From positions 55,418 to 75,417 of the forward strand of contig JBFLGF010000103.1 of assembly GCA_050230475.1 (NCBI GenBank): a DNA stretch of 20,000 bases, read 5' to 3'. The notes under the pieces are model-generated. The model did not search any database. It saw nothing but the letters and a program-made list of their open reading frames with translations, and was not told the origin of the DNA. The translations under genes were made by a program, and so were the position numbers. The DNA is from Ancylonema sp. (Eukaryota). Shown piece by piece: positions 10,786 through 20,000 of the stretch (positions are counted from its first letter, which is position 1; each line of letters begins with the position of its first letter).

Positions 10786-11348
10786 GCGGACATATCAGGC
10801 GTCGATCATGAGAGAGTGCTGGAAAACGATGAAGAATATGAGGCATACGATGCTGACTCCTTGGGAAAGTCAACTGTGGACGTTAATGGAGTGGACATGC
10901 CTATAGAGCGTGACCCAATTTCAGAGTAGATGTCGTAGGCATAGCCATTAGGAACAAAGGCAAGAAGGATCCGAGCGTTACAGAGGAGAACAAGGTCCAA
11001 CAAGCATGTTGTTACCTTGTGACACTCGATAAATTGCAAGGTTGTGTATTGTTTTAACGACTTAAGTCGTAGTTGTTATCCACCAATTGTCAGCAGAATC
11101 AATTGTCATGTGCCTCGGTGCCACATGCAAGAGCATGCATGCATGTGTCGGACAATACACAATCGAGTGCCTCTATGGTGATTTCTGGGGGAATGTGTGC
11201 ATGTGCTTATACAACAAACAGTGCGGGTGCGGGTATTTGTGTCCCTGAACCATGATTGACACATGCGTGGGTTTTGGCGGGATAACGTCTTAATTTGGCA
11301 CGTGCCGGGCGTATTTTGTACTCAAGATTCGATTCTCAAAGGAAGGCC

Positions 11349-11672
11349 TTAATGAACGCAATACACTGCCATCAACAGTGACCTTACTAGAGACGGACTT
11401 CTAGCAGCATGCTGTAAGACAACTGTAGATCCACACATGTCGTCCGATACAATAATGGAACTACGGCAGTACAAGCCATCGGCAGTGTTGTTGTCAAGAT
11501 AGGTGTGCGATAGATCACGACAAAGAACAGGGTGCTGCATTGTTGTATCGTAAAACACACACCATGAAAAGCTTAGATCGGCAATGCCATCAGACGGTAA
11601 GAGAGCAAAAAATAGTGTGTGGCAGCCATGTGTTGCATTGTAGTAATTTGAGTGCCTGCATTTGCAGAACAC
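11349..11672 (-). pseudogene. Degenerate hAT-superfamily transposase fragment (ZNF862/DUF4371-like region)
   Basis: Motifs occur in the expected order: FFALLPSDGIADLS (~FFSLxxDxxTDxS), YLDNNTADGLY (~LxxxTAxGL), IVSDDMCG (~SDGASxMxG) and LMAVYCVH (~AIHCxxH). Spacing is shortened and the sequence is heavily decayed. Confidence 0.5.
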
Positions 11673-13272
11673 TTGGCTAGAAATCGACTAGCAAGTATGT
11701 TTTGACGGCAAGCTAGATGCTGTGCTTTGCAAGCCGGTCGTAGGCAGCCAGGAAGCGAAAATATCAAAATTGTAAGCTTTGTGTTTCAGATCTCATTCGA
11801 GATCTGAACACATCGGGAACCGCTGGCAAATTCACTTTTCAAACCATCGTTGTAATCTGATTGGTTGGTATTGTCGGCTTATGTAAATACTTGCATTTGT
11901 GAGTGATAATCTTTTCCATTCCAATCGGCAGCATTGGCATTGTACTAATACCTTCAAGTTTCAACCACTATACGTTTAGGCCAAAGGCATTACCTTGCCT
12001 TAGGTAATCTATAAAATACAATTTGGCATGTGTATACTCAATTAGGATGTACAATGACTAGGTTATTAAACGCGCACAAGTATGTTGCGGATCTCGACTA
12101 GATCATTGGGCTATATGTTGCAACCATGCAACCAAATATAAAAGCATTGTTCGATGTAACACTAGGATCACACGTGCAAGTATGACACGATGCTAGATGG
12201 CACGACACATGTTTGCTAGCTCGCTCTACCAAATGATTTGATGAAGACATCATACAACAATCAAACGGTCACCAAATTTATAATTTCATATCATTTGGAA
12301 GTGGAAGGTTAATGGTAATAAAAAGGATAACCATCGCTGCGTTCAATTGAGTCAAATGTGTAAAGGTTCTATAATATAACATAACAAGCTAGTCGAAAGA
12401 GCTAGGTGTAATGTGGACTCCGCTTATATCTAGCTAGGGATTTGCAGCGGATAGTCAGTCATTGAGGAATACGTAAGCTTGCGCCACGATCGTTATACCA
12501 TTCCGAAGATGTCAGATGCAAGTTTTGACGTCGAAGTGTTGTATCTGATGAAATAGTGAATCATGTATGCTATACTCCCCATATGACAATGATAGCATGC
12601 TCCCCATATCAAATCATGCATCCGACCGATGTGGCCAAGGCTAACATATATGATATCGTACGTCGTGTCGAGTTTTAGCGATGTACTAGTCATATTCAGC
12701 CATTCAAGATATTGTTGTCCATATCGAACGTTTCAGAGATATAGACCGATATTGCATTGCGGCCATCACGATTGTTGATCACATTGACGCACGCTTTGTA
12801 TTACACGTGATACAATTCAAATATTTAGAGTCATCGATAATTTGAGCCGACGTCTCTTGACGAGTTGATTGTCAAGGCGCCGTCACTCGACACCCTGAGA
12901 TCATAATACTATCCTCGTAACCACTTGCGAGCTTTATCAGAGGTTGGCGGAAGTTCCACTTAGAGAGTTTTGTATTCATGCTGCGTCTATGTGCATGCTT
13001 TTCTTTGCGATAGGTGAGAGGCCATCTCCTATTTGCCATCGACTTGTACTCATGTCACTCATCAAGACGCCCACAATCGAGCACCTAGCACTCGCCTCGA
13101 GTGACCATTATTCGAGTTGATAGCCTGAGCCACCCGCAGAGTCCGTTACCTTCTCGTTTTTATTCGCATGTGTTGATAATGTTTTTATGTAGCGAGCATG
13201 TGTGTGTCAACACGATCATATAACTACTTTGTGCATTTTTAGAGATTAATACTTTCTATGTATGTTTGTGCA

Positions 13273-13617
13273 TCACGATCGCATCCAGCACGTCAATGAG
13301 ATACACATACAAATTATCATACTCTGCCAATCCCCCTCACACCTCAGATACGACATCTTATGCGATTTCCCAAGCATTTGTTCGGAAATGGTCATCTTTA
13401 CCTACAAAAAGGGGAAAGAGTTGATGACGAGCTTGGAAGATTGTAGGCGCACATAACTCACTCCATATAGTCGGGGACAATATGGCACGGCACTTGTTGT
13501 ACACCCCATGTGCCAACAATCAAACTTGTATTTTTGGACCGCTTCAGGCATTGTGTGGTAAAATACACAAAATTCATGGTGCAATGTGGGCGCGTTCATA
13601 TTCATGTATTGAGTCAC
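13273..13617 (-). pseudogene. Possible degenerate KDZ (Kyakuja-Dileera-Zisupton) transposase fragment with a 60-nt intron (13402..13461)
   Basis: Splicing GTGAGT...CCCCTTTTTGTAG joins KFDCWHMG...CPRLYG|VKMTISEQMLGK in frame. This resembles the DxFH...P.L.GVNT...EQ pattern recalled for KDZ transposases. Similarity is weak. Confidence 0.3.
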
Positions 13618-14786
13618 TTATTGGGTTTTGGGGTGGATATTAAAAAGGCGGATCACACGAATTTAAAATGTGTTTTGCCCCAGATTTTTTCCAACGATAC
13701 GCTATTTAGTAGATTCACTTGACCGAAATCTTTTGTCGGATTAGCATAATATTATATGCGTTTTCAAAAATTGGTACGGTAGTTTGGCAATCCAACAATC
13801 CTAGCGCAAATGACGCCGGATCCTGTGTACCACAATCCTCTGAAAAACACGGAGTAAGGCATTTGGTTGTTTCTTAGTGTCCGATGTCAATAATATTAAA
13901 TGCTTGACCGACTCACACGTCACACGCGTATATATTGTATAACGGCTACCCTACACCCACAAGCTCACCTGTCACTCTTCGCGGTGGCGGCTTCACATAA
14001 CCCCTTGCCAATCTTCTACTTGTTGACTACAACTTTTGCAATGCAATATGCAACATGCATATATGCTATCATATGTATTCGACTTACTTCATAAACGTTG
14101 GTATGTTTCATTGAGAGGCTCCATGTGGGGGCCTCCGGGCACGCTAGGCTTAAATAATGATAATCTGATGATCTATTTCTTCTTTGCCGATGATGTGAAG
14201 AACACGAAACTAGTTTGGCATATGCAACGTATGAACAATTTTGATCGGTTGGGGAGTGTCATATGAACAATCATACAAATCTTATTTGTACACAACACCC
14301 CATGGCCTCTTCACCAAGCCACTTTGACAAACATCCATAATAAGCTTTGGCGACTTTGTATTCTCACACTATCGAGCTGTACTCTGTTGTACTATTTCAT
14401 ATTGAATCTCATTCATTTATATGTACGCTAGGGTAGACTATTGTATTGTTGATCTTGGGATCTTCAAGGTGTGCCCCAGGTCTTCTTTCACCGCACTATT
14501 CCGCTGAAATAGAGGCTGACACACCACATCTTGCACCGGATCATGAAGGGATCGCTGCCTTACAAGGCTGCCCACATCGTGCGTTCACGATGAGAGAGAA
14601 ACATGAATGCCCTTCCATGCTCATGCAAGTAGGAAGGTACCCCAATGTGCCACACAACTATCGGTGAACAGACTATGATCCACCTCGGAGGTTACACAAG
14701 GGCCTTCCCCTCCTCTCCCAACTCCCAGACTGCATATATATACCCAACCGTTGCAATGATTGCCTAAGTTGACATGCGCTGGTTCC

Positions 14787-16861
14787 TCACTCCACGGTTG
14801 CGAACAAACTTTTCCCGGTTCTTACTGATGGGGAAGCGGATTTTGTTGCTCGCCCTTGCTCCCTGTGCTGGAATTGGGTGAATGCCGGTGACGGAAGTGT
14901 CTGTGCCTTGCCTCTCTGCTCACCTCCGGCTCTGGTCACTTCTGGTTCTGGAGTGACTTGGAATGGGTCTGCGCTGGCCGAGTGGAAGAGGCTGCTGCTG
15001 CGTGAGTAGCGCAGGACCCCGCTGCCAGAATGCAGGAGGCCAACTCTGGCCTTCCAACTGCCCTCCTCCTCCCCCGCAACAGAGGGGCTGTCTTGTGGGA
15101 TGGGGGACGTCGAAGTCGCGATAGGGATGTTGCACCTCCTTGCAGAAGCCGCCACATCCTCCAGCATGCCCCGGAGATCGGGGGACTGGGATTCTTCGGG
15201 AGGAGACATGGCCTGCTGCACATTGGTCTTCCACCTGTTGTCCCACCATTGGTTCCGCTGCTGCAGAAGGACTTAGATCTGGCAGCAGGAGGAGGGAGAT
15301 TGTGTATGAGTTTGAGGTGAAGCAAACACGCACCACACATAGCATCCCACCTGGTCTTGCAGAACGTCTTCATTCGCTCGCAGGTGCCTCACGTGCTCCA
15401 AGGTGGCTCGCATCCACCGCTCCACCTGACAGAAGGCTTCGTCTGCGCGCTCCCTACGGATCTGCTCTGACCGCAGACCCTCCAGCGCGTGGTACTCCAT
15501 GGAGGACCTCTCCAGCATCTGCTCTCCACCCATATGGGTTCCCAATCGCCCTAAGACACTCTACCAACAGCAGCAGGAGGCGCACACTATACCTTTCCAG
15601 CATCGGCACGTGCCTGGGCACGAACTTGTGCCAGCTCCGAACGGCTGCTGGCCAGGGCGAATTCCAGAGCCTGAGAGATTGATTTGCAGCAAGAAGGCAG
15701 GTTAGGCAATAGTGGGATCCACAAGTCGGATCTGGGTCGACTCACAGTGATGCCATCCTCTGCCATCAGTCGAAGGGACTGCTCCAGCTCGAACGCTCCG
15801 AGGGCTTCCTGTGCCGCTGAATCTGCCACCTCCAACCTCAGCTGGAGGTCTCCTAGGAAGGTCTCTGCGGCGGCGTTGGCGCTGTCCGAAGACATGGATT
15901 CTCTTACCACATCATCCTTGTCGAGCCAATCAGGAGTGTGTGGTTCGACTGTAGTGCCGCGCGAATGAATCATAGAAGAGGTTTCCTGGTCTTGAACAGA
16001 GACTGAAACCTCCAAATCGACGTCAGAACTTTCCTCACAAAATCCTTCTGAAGATATTTCTGGCCCGCATAGCTCAGCGGCCATGGATTCTGGTTCCCCT
16101 CTGACTGCAGTATCACAATCATGAAGTACTTCGACCTCAGGCACAAGCTCCCGCTGCTCAACCTGGCCCTGGACGGCTGCTCTGTCCTCTACGTCTAAAT
16201 CACTCTCTGAAAGAAGGTCTGACTCTGATGCCGGACCCTGGTTTCCTTGCCGTAGGTGCTCATCGATTGGATCTGGCAAAATTTAATCCAAGGCTGCTTC
16301 GTTATCATCGCCCACTGGATCCCCAGTCGGACCTAGACAAGCTATGGGATCCAATACACCTTTCTCAGGCCCCTGGCCGATCAATTCCGCTTCTGTTTCA
16401 ACCACTGACAGGGCCTCCGAGGGTACACTTACAGGCACGGACATACAGGCTTCATCTGCCGCACATATCGATGAAACTGTGGAAGCTACCTCGGCCATTC
16501 CGACTAAGATGAATTTGCCATTGGAAGATACGTTAAATGCTTCCTCCTCTTCTTCTGACTGCGTAGCTATTACCGGTTCTTTTGATGATAAGTGTTCTGC
16601 TGCTTGCTCTGGGCCTGATTTTGACTCCGCATTCGAGATCCAGTGCCACTGAAATGGCCATGCATTGTGCCTGTGGCCTCCGGATTGGCCTCCGCGATCG
16701 TGGTCTACACTCTCTGCGGGTGGATTCACTTGCTCCACTACCGGATCCCCTTCACTTGCTGATTGTTTGACGCTCGCGGCGAGAGCGCGTAGAGGGGTAA
16801 AAAAGGAGTCATCTTCATCAGATGACTCATTTCCGTCTTCTTGCGTGCTGTAAAAAGCCAT
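14787..16861 (-). CDS. Hypothetical protein with an acidic low-complexity N-terminus and central coiled coil; 3-4 short introns
   Basis: ATG at 16861 with an upstream in-frame TGA. ORFs 16283..16861 and 15587..16279 share a frame. Introns 15671..15745 (GTGAGT..CTAAC..CAG), 15519..15592 (AAG|GTATAG..CAG|ATG) and 15279 or 15261..15350 give a continuous heptad-like stretch: LRLMAEDGIT|ALEFALASSRSELAQVRAQARADAGK|MLERSS...LRANEDVLQDQ. Ends at TGA 14787. Confidence 0.7.
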
Positions 16862-17799
16862 TGAGCCTTCTTGTTTTCAGCAACTAATCTCGCACAGTCA
16901 GTCACTCGAAATCTCTTGAGACAGAAGCAAATGTCAATGCACGAGACCGGTCAACGGTGGTCGCGGTCACCATCTGGTGGAGGACGCTCGGTCTCTGCGT
17001 TGCTCCTTCCCTTCGAAATATCCTCACAAATGCGTTTTCATAGCCGTTGGGCTGATCTTGCGTCATTACGAAGTGGCGCTGAGCAAAAACGGTAGTAGTG
17101 CTCAGTAAATACTCGTTATGGCACACCTTTGGTTCACGCGAAACGTATGTCTATACCGTGGTTGAGTCTGTAACGTGGACATCGCATTACAGGCACATTT
17201 GTCAGGGGCCCTGAGGCATATGCGCCTGTAACGAGGGGATATCAAAAAATTGCCATGAGAGTTCGTCAGCCATGTTGCTGAAAAAAATTAACCATGAAAT
17301 ATTGTCTTATTTGCGGATTGGAGTGTGAATACCTGCAATGGTATCATATTCACTATGTCATGCTATCTAGCATCGCCTACGCACACACCTGTTATGCACC
17401 GCTGCGATGAATACACACGCACATTCCACCGCACTAACGAACAAATCGACACGTGTCTCCCACACGTGTGATCGCCTCTGTCACATCTGTGAAATACTCA
17501 TTTTCTCGTATGAGTATTCGTAAGGATGCGAGATGTCACTTGGATCATTCGCATACTTTGCTCAGAATAGATCACTCAGAAGTATTAGTTTATATCTGGC
17601 AGAGTACAGGAGTAAGTCTCTGCTAGGATAAGACGATAGGACAAGGACGTGGCGCGAAGGCCGGAGTCATTGCGAAGGCGGCGCCAAGTTGACCAATGAG
17701 GAGTCAGCTTGGCCCGATTTAAGTTCTGACGAAGTTTAAGTTATTTGTACGAAGCGAATTGTACGGTAACTTAACGAATCTAGGAAATAGTCGAACGGA

Positions 17800-17864
17800 A
17801 TATCGCGGACTATCATACGGCCGCGGATATCGCGCACTATCGTACTGCCGCAGACTATCGTACG
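17800..17864 (+). repeat. Imperfect 27-bp tandem repeat (2 copies plus a partial), CpG-rich
   Basis: atatcgcggactatcatacggccgcgg / atatcgcgcactatcgtactgccgcag / actatcgtacg. Confidence 0.85.
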
Positions 17865-17893
17865 CGTCACACTTAGCATTACACACTCAACAA
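17863..17893 (+). repeat. 31-bp direct repeat, copy 1
   Basis: cgcg(t/c)cacacttagcattacacactcaacaa; 30/31 identical to 19511..19541. Confidence 0.95.
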
Positions 17894-18944
17894 CATCAGC
17901 CTGTTTTATGAGCTCATAATTCGATTTAGGGTAAAAATCGCCCTTTTTTGTGTGCTAGTGCCTACAACGAAGACGATTTGGCGGGGGAAAGTCGGTACAC
18001 GTGATTTTGGTGCCTGTAACGCGACTGTGCCTATCACGAGTATGCCTATAATTTCTATCTAGGGCTGTAATTCGGAAAAGAACACGTTGGCTGCATTGTG
18101 GCAAGCAAAGTGGTATCTTTCCTAAAGTGTCCAAGGTTTAGTCACTATACCACTATAGATGTTACGATGCGAAAGAAGGAGAGAGCATCATTGTCATCAC
18201 GCATGAGGTCGGGTGCGCTAGGACGGACGCGTATCGACTCAAGATGATTGGACACAGCGATTTGGCATAATGAGTCGCTCTTTTTCGATGCATATAACGA
18301 ATACGCAATGATTACCATAGCCACGCGATTATTAGACGTTATGGGTAGAAGAAGAGTGTGCCACGTTAACCTTGTCAAAGGCATATATGCGATTCGAGGC
18401 GAACCGACAAAGTATCGGCCAGCCACGTAGGTGATCCATTTGACGCATGAACTCAATGTGTGGTTGTTTGATGAGACTAGGTACACACGTCCCGCATTTG
18501 AGGTAGATCAATTCAGATCCTAGGTGACGAATATCCTAGTAACGCGTATCGTTGTCGTATAGCCAATGAGAAGGCTGCACGAGTAATTAGAACTTATGTC
18601 CGGTCATTACTGGGTACGCACGTCACCACCTCGAATACTTGATGAGGACCACGCACAGTCGTGTGTCGACCGTAATTCTAGTGTACGAGCAGTTGTACAT
18701 ATCGATTGTATTTTGCATACTCAGACACATTGTGTCTGAGTGGCTCCGTGAATGTTAATCGCACGCACCCATCGATATCTTCACGGATTTCCATGCTGTG
18801 CATGTGAGTGTGATTGTGTGTGTGTGTATGTGTTATTATTCCGGGCTATTACAAACATTACTCCCATCACGATATGACCATCATGATACTCTCGATCATA
18901 ATCCAGCCTAGAGCACTTTCACTCAGACACAATGTATTCATTTT

Positions 18945-19607
18945 ATGTCGTACATTTCAGAACTCGCATTTTATGATGTCGACCTTTCAGATTGGATCGA
19001 TTGTATAGAAACTTCTCAAGATTCGCAGCAAGTGATTTACGAAGATCCAGTGGTAGAAACACGACAATTGGTGGCCGCGGAAAGAGAAATTCGCAATCGC
19101 GTAGACGCCAGAGTTACCGGACAACTTATTGTTGAAGCAACTATCGACTTGTTTTGTCATTCGCCACCATTGTCACCATCTCCTTCTTGCACCAGTTTAG
19201 AATCCATGGAAAATATCAGGAAATACTCGGGTGGTGGCGGTCCGGTGCAAAGAGCTTTCATTCGAGACATTAATGCCGTCTACCTGAAAATGCTACGTGA
19301 CCCACGAGAACATCAGATGGATGGATTCGGACAGTGGGAATATTTGGGACTGGTAGGAGGACTGCTGAGCAACGAAGCCAGAGATGTGCACAGCGCATTC
19401 ATCGATAGATGGGATTTCGAAGATATCGACAACCCGAATTTTCAAGCTGCAGACGACGCAGAACGCCGCAGAACCATCTGGCGGGAAAGAATAATGACGG
19501 AAGTCGGAATCGCGCCACACTTAGCATTACACACTCAACAATGCGCGGGCTGGCGCAACTCACGTATGATGTGGTATACCGCATCACGCACAGAATCATG
19601 CGAATAA
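18945..19607 (+). mobile_element. Truncated gag-like ORF of a retroelement (220 aa; tail probably spurious after 19510)
   Basis: Long intronless ORF in transposon-rich DNA. IRKYSG...AFIRDI...LLSNEARD resembles the KFSG...FL...LxGxA pattern of Ty3/gypsy capsid N-termini. The ORF runs into the 31-bp repeat. Confidence 0.35.
19511..19541 (+). repeat. 31-bp direct repeat, copy 2
   Basis: Matches 17863..17893. Confidence 0.95.
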
Positions 19608-19673
19608 GTGTGCTCTCCTCCGCGAGTGCAGCGGAGAAGGTGGGTTTGTAGAGGAATTTTTATTCACTTTTTA

Positions 19674-19817
19674 TTTTCTTTTTCCGATCCTTTACACGTG
19701 CCCATCTAAAAAGCACAGGTGTCCCGCCCAAAAACAGCTGGACCCAGTCTGCCCAGTCCAAACCCGGTCCGACCCAGTCCAACCCAGTCCATCTCAAAAC
19801 CCCAGCTAATTAACTCC
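19674..19817 (+). repeat. 144-bp dispersed direct repeat, copy 2 (truncated copy of the CCAGTC-rich element)
   Basis: Matches 7859..8002; both copies end in aaaaccccagctaattaactcc. Confidence 0.95.
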
Positions 19818-20000
19818 AGTGATTAGCTGAGACCAGATTAGATTAGACAGCGTGTACAACGCAGCACATTGCTTCAGGGCGTTGGCATGAGGGGGGGGTC
19901 AGGTCAGCTATCAGCGACCACCTGGAAAGCACACTGATCCTGAACCCTCCAGAACCTGTAGCAGTATTGGCGGGAAGGAGGAATCATTCCCTTGACCCTG

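Noticed and set aside
15587..15589. TAG ending ORF 15587..16279 as another recoded codon
   Set aside because: It lies inside the 74-nt intron starting at 15592, and the protein resumes in a different frame.
17621..17878. Solo LTR TGCTAGG...CTTAGCA
   Set aside because: No TSD, and the homology with the second copy extends 15 bp past the supposed end.
17800..19541. Short repeats as a possible CRISPR array
   Set aside because: Eukaryotic context; only two or three degenerate adjacent units and two distant copies, with no spacers and no cas genes.

Overview
Eukaryotic nuclear DNA. The plant-type POLQ suggests a streptophyte alga or other green-lineage organism, but this is inferred. GC-rich, intron-poor genes are separated by AT-richer DNA full of transposon debris. 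There are three host genes. (1) A compact DNA polymerase theta / TEBICHI helicase-polymerase gene on the minus strand, from 4746 to beyond base 1. (2) A type-II membrane PC-esterase/NXPE-like SGNH-fold gene on the plus strand, 8422 to 10785 or further. (3) An acidic coiled-coil gene of unknown function on the minus strand, 16861-14787. Between them lie a CCAGTC-rich non-autonomous element whose end recurs 11.8 kb away, a degenerate hAT transposase, a possible KDZ transposase relic and a gag-like retroelement fragment. The main anomaly is that all three genes contain stop codons after which the same frame continues. One is a TAG where TEBICHI homologs have Gln and there is no room for an intron. 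Another is a TGA where Cys is expected. This points either to non-canonical decoding (TAG/TAR=Gln, readthrough or editing) or to a decaying duplicated segment. Decay is supported by two 1-bp frameshifts and an altered motif A in POLQ. Homolog comparisons are from memory and need real alignments.
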